Source: Euglena gracilis
Lineage: Eukaryota
Direction of reading: 5' to 3'
DNA: 64,000 nt
Assembly: GCA_039621445.1 (NCBI GenBank)
Contig: CP154954.1
Location: forward strand, 10,869,521-10,933,520
Shown one piece after another: positions 15,301-53,800 of the stretch. Positions within the stretch are counted from its first letter, which is position 1. Every line of letters starts with the position of its first letter. A model generated the notes under the pieces. That model ran no database searches, had not been told where the DNA came from, and saw only the letters and a program-made list of their open reading frames with translations. The translations under genes were made by a program, and so were the position numbers.

Positions 15301-17190
15301 TGCCCGGCCAGGTAGGTCAACTGATACGTCCGCGGCCAGAGGCTGGCGTAGTTTGGGGGCCCCGGGCCAAACGCAGCATATGAGAGGAAGGTGGTGTTGG
15401 GGTACAGCGGGGCCATTTCCGCTGGCACGCTTTGGCAAGAGGCGGAGAAGTTCAATTGACGGAGGGTGAATCAGGTTTCTTTTTTAAGGAAAGTTGCATT
15501 TGGGAGGCAGCTGGGAACGGCACTTTCGACCCCCCCGGGGGGTAGGTCCGGTTTTGGGGAGGGTAGTTCCATAGCACACCCCCAAAGGACCAAAAAGGAC
15601 ATTTTCCAAAGGAAATTTGGCTGGGTCGGCAGGCATCCCCCCCACGGGGGATGTGCTTGCTATGGGCAGGCACCACCTCATAGCACCCCCCTCTCCCCGG
15701 GGCTAGTAAAAAGAAGCCTGGGGTGGATGCAGCTTTAAAGCGATGGCAACCCGTATATGGGTAAATGGGCAACCCGTTTCACCGCAGGTCATCCGTTTTT
15801 TGTGGATTGTAAATCATCCCAAAAAGAAGGATGTTTTTTGTTTCAGTTAATTTTAATGTTCAATCTTTTACTTATACGATCATTTGTGTGTGTTTATGTA
15901 TGCATATGCCTGTATGCGTGCATGCATGTGTCTGTGCCTGTGTGTGTGTGTGTGTGTCTCTCTCTCTCTGTGTGCGTGTGTGTGTGGGTGTGGGTGTGGG
16001 TGTGGGTGTGGATGTGGGTGTGGGTGTGGGTGTGGGTGTGGTGTGTGAAGTTCTGAAGTTCTTGAGCCTTTAGGTGCAATAGGGTTGCAATATCCCAGCC
16101 TTGTCGAAATATGCCACTTTGATGTTTTTTTTTATAAAAGACCCCGGGGTGTGAACCCACTGAAACACTGACCCGCCCACTTTCGAGTGCCCCTGGGGGC
16201 TTTGGGGGTCGAAAACATTTAGGTTCTCTGTACAGAAGATAAAGGAAACAAGGTGGTGGTACTTGGTTTGACCCCTCCCCCCTCTGGGGTTGGGGGCCGG
16301 GTCGGCGTCAGAGGTCGATTTGGAGTCGGGCCGAGACAAAGCACCTTTCCTGGGTTAGCTACCTCAAAAAACCTTTGATTCCATCAGCATCTCAGCATTG
16401 GCGGAAGCGTGAGGACAAAGCAGCGCTGAAACACCACGCTGCCGATGAGGAAATCCACCCCCGCCGCGGCGATGGGGGCGAACTGGGGGTCGCACTCCCC
16501 GTTTTCGACTGTGATGTGGACCATCACAACGCCAGGTATTGACTGGCAAGGAGTGAGACCAGACACCAGCAGGGGGGGAGGCACAAGACAGCCCGGGACT
16601 TCAAGCAGACACCTGCCTGTGGCTTGTGTTGATGTTGCAAACTGAGTCTCAGAGATCTGCCATTCAAAAACCCCAAAATACTTACCCCAGGTGTTCCACG
16701 GGGCTTTAGGAGGAGAGGGTAAAGGTGCTTAGTTATGGGTATAAAACAACTTAAGACCCCTTAGGGCCACAAACGTCCCCCTGCCATTCACAGGCATATA
16801 TATGCATATGTATGTATACATACATATGTGTATATACATACATATACATACATACATACTTAAACTCATACATATCCATACATATGCATATTTGCATATA
16901 CATACACAAAAGCATGTGCATATACATATCCACATCCATATCCATGTACATATCCATATCCATACCCATATACATGTCCATATACATATGCATATACACA
17001 TCCACATACCTGTACATATACATATTCACATACATATACATATACATATGCACACACACATCCACATACCTGTACATATACATATCCACATACATATACA
17101 TATACATGTACATATACATAAACATATGCGTGTACATATACGTATACATATACATATACATGTACATATACATATACATATGCATATACG

Positions 17191-17264
<74 letters not shown>

Positions 17265-18871
17265 GACATATACGTTACATATACATAAACATGTACATAT
17301 AGATAGATATACATATGCACATGCATATACGTGTGCGTATGCGGGTACATACACATATGCGGACAACGTACCCAGATCCACGAGAATACATTTACACCCC
17401 TGTGTCACAATTTCTTTTTAACAAAGAGACCCAGTGCAGGATACTTCTCGGAAAGCTCGTTCTGCAAATTGATCCGGGCAATGTTACTCCGAAAAATGAA
17501 GCCGAAATCTCACAGGTCTCCTGTCCATACGAAGGCAAACCGGAAGTCCCGCGCATTGCACGGTAATGCCAGCTCCGGGTGGCAAGCTGTGTGCGAAGCC
17601 CAATACACCAGCAGTACACAAGCAAATAATCCATGTCAAACAGCAACCAATTAAAAATGCACGGTTTCCTATCATATTCCTATCGTACCTCCAAGCCCAA
17701 AGTGCCCCTTGACACTTTCATACTTCAAAATGACAAACCCGGTGGGGACAGCAGATTTATAAAACCTCCCCAATAGCAACCCTTCGATCCATTATTTGGA
17801 CACTTCAAGGGTCTGGGGGGCTCATAACTTGGGGGGGAATTATTTGGGCTAAATTTTCGAAATCAAAAGCTGGGTCAAAAAAAAATGCCTCAACCAGGGC
17901 GTTGTTTAAAGACCCCCCAGGGGGTGTTCAGCTCTGGGGCTGGAAAATCTGGGCTGGCCGGAAAAAGGTGGAGGCCTGGAACTATGCCCAACCTAAGGTC
18001 GAACCAACTGCTAAAAAAATCAAAACTGCACAAATGACCCAAAAATTATCAGAAAATCGATTTTTTTTTGACCATGAATTTGCCCTGGCCAGCCCAAAAA
18101 TCGACCCATTTTGCCCATTTTTCGGACACCTTTTGCATCACCCAAAAAAAGAAAAAAGACAAAGAATTTTCCGTCGAACCAGTGGAACTCATTGAGGAAG
18201 GGAATGGAAAAAATTGCATGAAATTTTGGAAATTGCAGAAACCACAGGAATCAACCCCCCCCCCCCTGCGGTGCGGCCAAACTAGCCCAAATCAGGGCTG
18301 TCATGGCCATCACTGCAGTGGGGCTCCCAGTCAACACAAAATTCCACCGCATTTCCAACATTTTGCCACAGGAAAGCATTACTTTCGGGATGTCATGAAT
18401 TGCGGCGTTCAAAAACAAGAGTCTCCCAAGGCGTCGCTTAAGGACCCCAGGGGGGAGTCCAGGTCAATTGCTGGAAAATTTGGGCTGGCTAGAAAAAAGC
18501 TGCTGACTCCCCTCCACCTCATTGGGGTCCCCCGGCTAGAGTTAGGCCAAACCTGGTCTGACTGGGTCCCAAAATTGAAACTAAAAAAAATACTCAACAA
18601 ATACAAATTGTGACCCCAAACCTGCTCTGGCCAGCCCTTCTCCAACCCATTTTCGCACCTCCAAAAGCCAAAAATCTGCAACCTCGGAGGGGGGGTCCGA
18701 GGCTGGATAAACTGGCACCCCCCCGGGGGGGGAAGGGGTGCCAGTCCTGACCACCCCCCCAAGCCAAAAACAACCGACTACTTTGCCCAGGGTCCTGGCC
18801 CAGACTACGGCAGGGTGCAGCCCGGCTACGAGCACTGCCAGCAGGAGGAAGGGGACCAGACTCCCATGCAT
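1087..18871 (-). CDS. Multi-exon gene: signal peptide + Bmp/PnrA-like (basic membrane protein, periplasmic-binding fold) extracellular domain; probably a receptor continuing beyond the window; contains one in-frame TGA
   Basis: Exons chain in frame: 18871-18801 ([24 protein letters not shown]), 17570-17438 ([43 protein letters not shown]), ~16533-16417 ([38 protein letters not shown]), ~15422-15306 ([15 protein letters not shown]...RTYQLTYLA), 14105-14062 ([15 protein letters not shown]), 12633-12567 ([22 protein letters not shown]), 11110-~11015 ([12 protein letters not shown]...YALGC), ~7734-7621 (DVVWVQSVG...[18 protein letters not shown]), 7350-7322 ([10 protein letters not shown]), 5209-5124 ([14 protein letters not shown]...LWMGWE), 2939-2870 ([23 protein letters not shown]), 1738-~1657 ([10 protein letters not shown]...CCL), 1140-1087 ([18 protein letters not shown]). 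Motif order matches the Bmp family as I recall it (D.GF, yP..F, YLAG..Ag.m, F..Ga...nP, DV, tS..d, F.G); no search was run. Confidence 0.8.
1768..2266. mobile_element. hAT-like MITE inside an intron
   Basis: TSD GTCCACGG/GTCCACAG (7/8); right end TACAGCCTG; same family as 31066-31179. Confidence 0.65.
3052..3262. mobile_element. hAT-like MITE
   Basis: CAGGGGTTTTT...AAAAAACCCTG; TSD CCCCGCAC/CCCCCCAC (7/8). Confidence 0.75.
3781..4177. mobile_element. Tc1/mariner/pogo-type MITE (TA target)
   Basis: TA|CTATACCTTT..GATTATT ... AATAATC..AAAGGTATAG|TA; internal GATTATT repeats. Confidence 0.7.
4852..4970. repeat. (TA)n microsatellite
   Basis: Direct reading. Confidence 0.95.
5994..6259. mobile_element. 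hAT-like MITE
   Basis: Perfect 16-bp TIR CAGGCTTCTTTTTAAG / CTTAAAAAGAAGCCTG; TSD CATCCAAG/CATCAAAG (7/8). Confidence 0.85.
6282..6340. repeat. (AAG)n microsatellite
   Basis: Direct reading. Confidence 0.95.
10379..10828. mobile_element. hAT-like MITE with GCTAG subterminal repeats
   Basis: TIR TAGGAATATGCTTAAGG / CCTTAAGCAAATGCCTG; perfect TSD ACTCCCAT at 10371-10378 and 10829-10836. Confidence 0.85.
12749..12977. mobile_element. hAT-like MITE (TSD decayed)
   Basis: CAGGGGTTTTTTTT...AAAAAAAACCCCTG; right end GTCCACGACTAAAA shared with 31714-32036. Confidence 0.7.
13248..13806. mobile_element. hAT-like non-autonomous element with TATGCAA/AAATGC repeats
   Basis: Ends poly-G-ATTATGCAACTT / AAGTTGCATA-poly-C-TG; flanks CTTCTTGC/CTTCTTGG (7/8). 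Confidence 0.55.
15472..15720. mobile_element. hAT-like MITE
   Basis: CAGGTTTCTTTTT...AAAAAGAAGCCTG; TSD GGGTGAAT/GGGTGGAT (7/8). Confidence 0.8.
16795..17358. repeat. Degenerate (CATATA)n microsatellite
   Basis: Direct reading. Confidence 0.9.
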
Positions 18872-19400
18872 TCCGGGGATCCCCGTGGGCGGGAACGGAA
18901 CTGTGGAGAGAATGGGGTTTGGGACCGCAGGGAATGAGTGGCGCAGGCGGCTTAACGGAGGGGGTCAGCTCTCTCTCGCCTCTCGCACTCTGATGGTGGC
19001 CGTTTGTGGGGCCGTGTTCTCTGCAGCCTGCTGCAATGGGATACACTCGCGCCGACGAGCTCCCTGTTGACACGTTTTCCTGGGCAGTTGCGGGCACAGA
19101 GATTCACCATCCTTCATAGCTGGTTTGCTATCGCAGCCAACTGCATCCAGCATCAAATGAAACTGCCTTGCTGGAGGTTAACAGCTCCGACGTTTTGAAT
19201 CTGAAATTCGGGGTTTTGGGGATAATTTTCAGGTAAAGAAATTCACTGCCATCTGGCGCGTTGCACCGTCAGCGCCGTAAACTCGATAATTCTTACCTCT
19301 GGATTTTCGCTCGGTCGGCCCAGGAGATTAGTATACTCTGGGGGGGGGGGTCTAACCTTGGGGGGGTTAAGCCCACAAACCGTGGCTGAAGGGGTCTGGG

Positions 19401-19683
19401 GAAGGATGGATATTGATATTGGGTTTAGGTGGGGTCCCGATAAATTTGGATAGATTGACACCCCGATATCCTCGATAAAAGTCGATAAAACTGATATGAC
19501 CACTTTGTGCCCCGATATCCTAATTTTTCTGATTTGGAGAATCCTAAAAACGCCCCAAAAAACAAACCAGCAGAACCCCCCCCCCAATAAAGCCAACATT
19601 TCACAATATTTTTTCGGGACCTGATAAATTCAAGATCGTCAATAAGGCTGATGATATGGGCCGATATCCAATACCCATCCTTG
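19401..19683. mobile_element. MITE with CGATA repeats, downstream of the GTPase stop
   Basis: Inverted ends AAGGATGGATATTGATATTGG / CCGATATCCAATACCCATCCTT. Confidence 0.55.
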
Positions 19684-19814
19684 GTCCGGGAGGCGAATAA
19701 GACAATCTGCGTCGCGGAGGCTGCAACTTCGAGGCACGAGTGGTGCCAGGCACGGTGGCCGGGGACAGTCACGAGGGGAGGGTGGAGGGGGTCGGCAAGG
19801 GGTCGGTAATTACA

Positions 19815-32046
<12,232 letters not shown>

Positions 32047-32099
32047 GCCTGCAACAGCAGCATTTATCCAATTTTGAGATGGGGTCCTGTGGTCCTCAC

Positions 32100-42578
<10,479 letters not shown>

Positions 42579-43748
42579 GGGGTGTGGCGGGGGGGGGGGG
42601 GCTGTATGGGAAGACCTGGTCGGGGGAGACAGACATCCCCGGACTCCTGTGGGGGAGCCGGCTTCCGTCAAGCTGGCAGGCACAGCCGCAACGAAATTTG
42701 TCAGAGTCCAAGACGCTGGGACCAAGTCAATCTGGGCGAAGACTCCCCCGAGGCTGTAGGTATGTTTCCAGGCTGGTGCCCCCCCCTCCCAACCACTGTC
42801 AAAGAACCGGCCGAAAAAGATGGGTGTGAACCAAGGGATGGTGCTTGGACGGGGGGGGTGGGGGGAACCTCTGGAAAAAAAAATACACCACTCTGCGCCG
42901 AAGAAAGAGATAGCCACTCAATTTTGGGGGTATTGTGCAACTTGTGCAAGGCATTAGGATTCAAAAAAAACCCAATCAATCTTACGAAATTACCCGCCCC
43001 CCCCCGGGCAATTGTCGCGTGACAAATCGGGCAGCACGGAGGGGGGTGACAATTTCCCGGGGTGACAATTTGGCCGGCACAGCCAGGGGTGACAATTGTC
43101 CGGGGGCGTCAATTGCCCGGGGGCGTTAATTGCCCGGGGGGGGGGGGGGCGGGTAAGGTTGGTCAATTCAAAAGACCATGAGACGTCGTAATATTCAAGG
43201 TTTTTTGTTAGAAAAGATGACCTCTCAAGAGATGGGTGAGAACAGAGGATGGCCCTTAGACAAGGCTGGTGCCTTGAGAAGGGGGCAGGTAAGTAGAGGA
43301 CCAGAGGCCAACTTCCCGGGATGGGAGAGGGAGATGGGAGCCTAGTTGAGATAATCAACTTCCTTTCCTCTGAAGCCCACAGGACCATGGAGCATACTTG
43401 TGTCCTCGGATCAAAAATGGAAAGAAAACGCAGCAAGGCACATCAAAATAGAAAATGCAAAAAAATGCAAAAAAATGTAAAAAAAATGCAAAAAAGCAAA
43501 AAAAAAAAAAAAAAAAAAAAAAAGGCAAAAAATGCAAAAAATAATGCAAAAAGAATGAAAAAAACGTAAAAAAAAAGCAAGTGTCATATAATTTCCTTTA
43601 GGAGCTGTACACTTTTCTGTTGGAGAAGACTTACAAAAATATCACATTCCCCTGAGTGCGACATCAAAGGAAAATGTGTTTTCATCCAGTTGCATCCACT
43701 TATACTTCATTATGCTGTTAATGTGAAATTGGTCCAAAAAAAAGTGAG

Positions 43749-44213
43749 CAGGGGATTTCTTAAGGACCCCCAGGGGGTAGGGGGGGGAGGGGAGGGTAGG
43801 GGGGGGGAGGGGGGGGGGGGCCGGGGCTGGGGGGGGGCTGGGCTGGGCTGGGTCGGTGAAAAACAAAATCTTCTAAAAAATTTGTCAATTTCGACATTTT
43901 GGTGGATGGAGCTAGATCAAGGCTGGGGGGCTGTGATGGAGCAAGCTGTGGTGAGGGGGGAAAAAATGCACGGATAGGTGACCTGGGCAGTCCAGTTGGC
44001 TGGCCAGCCTGCGACCGGCTGGCTCTGCCTTCGGCCGCTGGCCCGTCCTTCGGCCGGGTGGGACCCGACTTTCCTTCCCGCCACCCCCCCCCCCGGGGGG
44101 GGCTCCCAGCCTGAATTTGGGCCGCTGGCTGGATTTGAGCTGCTGGCTGGCTGGACCCCCCCCCCCCCAGGGGGGGGGAGGGTAGGGTACCCTCCGGCTT
44201 AAGAAATCCTCTG
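43749..44213. mobile_element. hAT-like MITE with GGCTG repeats
   Basis: TIR CAGGGGATTTCTTAAG / CTTAAGAAATCCTCTG; TSD AAAGTGAG/AATGTAAG (6/8). Confidence 0.75.
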
Positions 44214-45789
44214 AATGTAAGCAGCAGCTAACGTGAATGTTGGCATCTGAACCTCACAGAACATTTGTTCTCATTGGGAAAATCATTTTTCCTGAAAAAC
44301 AAATCGGTATCATGTTGTCGCTTTTGTTAAAATAAAAAAATGCAAATGGGAAATGCAAAATGGAGCGCATTGTTCCTCCCCACGATCCGTCCAGGTAGCA
44401 CATTGTTCAACCCTGTGGTGTTTTTCCAATGGACAATTGCCCACAGCGGCTTATTGTACCAGAAATTGTATCGCAAGCTTTGCAATATAAAAATTGTTGT
44501 TTGCGATCTGTTGCTTTGATTATATGGCTATATTTTTTCCAAATTTGGGGAGGAATTTCCTCTCGTTGTGGCTTTTGTCCAACTTTGTGTGGAAAATGCC
44601 AATTTTCTGGATTGGCTTGATATTGTTGATATTTTTGGGCCGCCGTTTGGGAGAAAACCATCAAATCAGAAACATCAAAACTTGGCAAAATAACCAAAGC
44701 CTGAAATTCCTCAAAAATGGCCCAAAATGGCCGAAAATGCAGCCTCCACCAACAATAAAGTGAACGTTCAACGGACGTCTTGCTTGAGCACTTCAAAGAG
44801 ATGTCTCACCTCATTTTTCTGTGAGCCACACAGCTGGTTGACCAACCACTGTCCAGCGGCTGGCCCGCAGTGTGCTGCCCCAATAAACAGGAATTGAAAT
44901 CCTTTGGTTCCTGTGATCTGGAATTTGGCCTGCATTTTGCATCTGGGGCTTTGTGTATTTAATCGGACCTGAAGCCGCATGGTACAAATTCAGTTTGTAA
45001 TCCCCCCCAATTGAATATAGCTTATAGCTTATATATAGCTTACATATAGAATATAGCTTATAGCGGACCGCCAATTCTGGCGCGGGGCGTGCGCTTCTGT
45101 TGGACTCCATTTTGCTAATTTGTGTTTATGTCTCTGTGATATATCATGAAAATGGGGTCCCTTGCAGTGGACCACCACCTTTGGCAGCTGGGGGTACGCT
45201 TTTACTTACGTTCATTGCTGTTAATTGGGAAATGCTGAAACAGAAAAAAGAGCAGAATTAGCGTTTGATTTGTCCACAAATGCTCGCTATCCTTGACCTG
45301 TATTAAATGAGGGGGAGGGGGCTCCAGACCCGCCTCCCTGAGGGAAGGGGGAGGTAGGTCGGCTCCCCCCTGGAAAAAAAAAACCCGTCGCAAAGCGCCG
45401 GAAAATTTTTACGACCCAATTCTTGGCTTCAAAAATACACAAAAATATGGTTTCAGCTGTTTTTCAAAATATTGACAAACAAACAGGTGCCAGGGGCCCC
45501 CGGACAAAAAGGAGACCCTCCCTGCTCCCCTCCCCTAAACTTAATCAACGCTCACTTAGCATCCTGCCTGACCCACTTGCCTATGGCTCAAAGAAGAAGA
45601 GACCAGAGTGTTCTTCATCCGAAAGGTGCCAATTTTGGGAGCCAGCAGGAAGTGTGTGCGGTGGCAAGGAGAGGGGAGGGCTGGGGTCAGGGGGTCAGGC
45701 GTGGTAGGAGTGCAAGACGCCAGGCAGGTTGGGCAGCGTCGCGAATGCATCACAGCCAGGAGGACTTCCCCTTGCGACTGTCCGCGAAA

Positions 45790-50532
<4,743 letters not shown>

Positions 50533-50865
50533 CACGGCGGGGGGGCCGCGGCATGGCGGGCTGAGGCGTGGGCGGGGGGGTGACTGACGCCTCCACTTTG
50601 AGTGGGAGCAACCCCATTGCTGCAAACCTCTTGGGGGCCTTGTTTTTTGGGGGGGGGTCGCATTGTCTATTTCCTTGACGGTCGGGAGCCCCGAAGACAC
50701 CAAGGGTGCGCAATAATGATTCAAGGCAACTGCGTTTTAAATCTGGTTTCTGAAAACCTGAACTGGGTATCAAATTTCGAGGGGGTGTTTCAAGTAAGGA
50801 GGAGTAAGGAGGACCTCCTGGACCGTTGGCGTTGGGTGGTCCCTTTTGACCGACACCAGGAGGGG

Positions 50866-53270
50866 GTCCGGGCCACCAGTCTGGGGGGGGCGGCCAATGA
50901 CTAAGGGGGGTGGAATGACTTGGGGCCCATCAGTGCCGGAAACCGGGGGGGGGCACAGGGTGGGGGGGGCACAGGGCCTTCCGTCCGGGGCCGGGTGGGG
51001 GCTGGGCCTCCGGCTCCTTCGGCTCTTCTGTGGCGGTGGGCCGCGGCCGGATGCAGCAGGGGGCGCCGGAAAATCTGGCGGGGGGGGGGGGGCCTGAACT
51101 GGGGGGGGGGGTGGGGGGATCCACTTTGAATGGGAAACATTGCTGCCACGGGGGGGGGGGGTCGGGCGGGGGGGGGTCCATTGTCCGAGGGTGCGCATAA
51201 TGATTCAAGGCATTTTTTGAAATCTGGTTTGATGTTGTGGGTATTAAGGGGTACTGGGGTTTTTTGGAGTTGAGGATCCTGGAGGTTGGGGGGTGTTTGT
51301 TCGATCCTGAGGTTGGAGGCAAAGGCAAAGGAAGATTATGAAACGGGTAGGAAAGGGGGGTTGTTCGGAGGGGGTGAAAAAAACCCCCCGCCCGCTTCGG
51401 TGCGACGAATAGGTGAAAGCCTCTTGGATGGGCTTCTTGTTTTTGAGGACTGAAAGGGAAAAACCATACTTTGACTGAAAAGGGGAGGTTGTTCGTTGGA
51501 ACCTGACAGAAGAAAAAATACTCAAAAAAGGGAAAAGCAGTGGCAGGTGGGGCATCCATGAGGTTTCAGTGCCAAAGGAAGCGCCTCTTTGACGAATATT
51601 GTCGTTGAATGAAATGTCGCACCACATCCCCATTGTCTTTCTCGGGTCTGAACAAAACACCAGAAACACAAATGCAAACATAAAAAATCCTCAATACCCG
51701 GATAAAAGAAAAAAAAAGGGAGGATTGCAAGTGATTGACGCCAGAGGGGAACAAACACCCACCACTTGGTGATTGCAACAAAAAACAGACACAAGAAACA
51801 AAGGGGGGAATCAAAAGAAGGACAACATGGCTTCACAAAAACCTTCAGAAAAAACAAAAAAAAAAAAATAAATTAACCGAAAAATTAAATGAGGAAAACC
51901 AAAGAGGGGGAAAACAACAGGAGGGCACCCAAATGGATGAAACAGAAACAAATTCAGAAACAAGAAAAAAAAAAATCAAAAAAAAATTGAAAGGGAAAGA
52001 AGAAAAAAATGTGAAAAATTTCCAAGGAAGGATGGGTGAAGGAGAAAAAAAAAATGCATGATTTAGAACATCCGAAAAAAAACACAAATGATGGAAAGAA
52101 AAAACTCTGGAAAAAAATGTAATAAATTCAATTTTGAGTTGAGATCAGAAATCAAAAAATGAAAAAAAAACAAAAATGAAGAAATGAAGTATCGAACATA
52201 ATAAAAAGCAGAACCGAAAAAAAAGATTAATCAAAAAAAATTGTTAAATGTCGAGGGGGTGTCAACTGAACACAAGGCAAAAAAAAACCGGCCCGACCCA
52301 AAAGATAATTGCCCCGCGTCGCGAGCCGCACAAGGGGGGGGAAGGGGGGCGGGAGGCAATCATGGGGGAAACTTGGCCAGCAAGGGGGCCGGGGGGGGGG
52401 GGGCCCGGGGCTGTCGCCTCCTCTTCTCGCCCTCTCCTCTGAAACCCCGTCCCGTGGCGCAAAAGGCCGTGGCCGGGAGCATCGCCAGGAAAAAAAACAG
52501 TCAGGGGTGAGAGGGGCCGGTTCAGGTGGTGTGTGTGAAAAATGGCCGTGGCGGGAGGGGAGGGGGTGTGGCGGAACATAATTCAGACCCCCGGCCCCGG
52601 GGGGGCGGGGGGGGGGGGGGGCGGGTGGTCGGCCACTCGAAAAACGGATTTTTAGGCACATGTTGCCCAAAAAATTTTTTCGGCTCTTTCATTTTCACCC
52701 CCTCTCCGCGGATCATCGGCTTTCAAAAAACATTTTCGTTTTTGCAGGAAAAAAAATCGTTAAAATTTTTTTTTCGATTTTTTGACTTTTTGAAACCGGT
52801 TTTGACCCCCAAAAAAAAAAATTTTTTGGCTCGAAAACACTTTGGGGGCTGGAAAAAAAACATCTTTCAGGAAAAAAAAAAATTTTTTTTTTTTTTTTTT
52901 TTTTTTCCCCTTTTCAAAATGAAAAAAAAAAAAAAAAACGCTCATTTTCCAAAACATTTGGTCAAAATTTTTTGGGCAAACAAAAAATTTTGGGCCCAAA
53001 ACAAAAAAAAAAAACCAATTTGGGTTTTTTTTTTCCCAAATTTGGAATGAAAAAAGTGTTTGGAAAAAAAATCAAAATTGGCAAAATTTTGAGCTTCACG
53101 TGATTTTTCAACCCCGACCCCCCAGCCCTCGAACCCCCCCCCAAAAAAACAAAACAAAACCACACGGGAAAAAAAAAACGGTCAAAAAAACCTAATGATT
53201 GACCCCCTGGTTTGGGTTCCCAACTCTGGTCTAGCCCGAGATACAATTACGGTTTCGTGCCCCTAGGAAG
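50866..53270 (+). other. Degraded, homopolymer-inflated duplicate of both flanking regions (probable assembly artefact)
   Basis: 50866-51240 mirrors 50213-50770, including CWC24 exon 1. 51470-53270 mirrors 53490-~56420 with many indels and A-runs. Confidence 0.7.
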
Positions 53271-53559
53271 GCCTGAAACTGGCCCAAAACCGGTTCGTGA
53301 TGTTCGTGATTGTTCGTGGGCGTGATTGTTCGTGCTTCCGAAACCGCCCGGTTTTCCGTTTTCCTTGGCGAAATAGGTGATTCCTCTTGGACTTTGGCTT
53401 CTTGTGCCTGTTTTTTAATCGAAATATTCAGGTCAATGAGGAAAGCAAAATCGGCTTGAAAAATGCACTGCAAATTTTGATCTCAGCAATTTACTTTGGG
53501 GAGGTTGTTCGTTGGGAACCTGACACCGAAGGACAAAAATACTATATACCTTTTGAAAA

Positions 53560-53800
53560 ACATAGGTACTACAGGTAATACCTCCAGGTCACGTTTGAGT
53601 GCATCCATCCATTCAGCTGATGGACCGCATTTTTCCATAATCTTCGGTTTGCGAAGGAGGTTGTCCTTGTGAGTTGACGATGAAATATGTCGCTCTGCAT
53701 ATGTCTTCTCGACCAGTGCACTGAAACATAACAAACACTGCACCACATTTCCGAACCTCTCACTTCCATCACTCTACCAAACTGAAAGACGTAAGAAAAG
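53560..53800 (-). pseudogene. Frameshifted CGGBP1-like / hAT transposase N-terminal zinc-finger relic
   Basis: YVFQFGRVMEVRGSEMWCSVCYVSVHWSRR, frameshift, then YAERHISSSTHKDNL gives a CxxC...HxxSxxH finger. It lies between GTTCGTGA repeat arrays (53292-53335, 53941-54035) that end in AAAAACCCTG (54046-54055). Confidence 0.55.

Noticed and set aside
19680-19814. Readthrough of the GTPase TGA into an in-frame GC-rich stretch
   Set aside because: No homology supports it and it runs into a MITE; it is more simply 3' UTR.
44811-45110. ATG at 45110 (MESNRSARPAPELAVRY) as the start of the long minus-strand gene
   Set aside because: Plausible, but I could not chain it in frame to the downstream exons.
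50930-51070. Paralogous CWC24 exon 1
   Set aside because: Part of the degraded duplicate; it lacks the ATG and is probably an assembly artefact.
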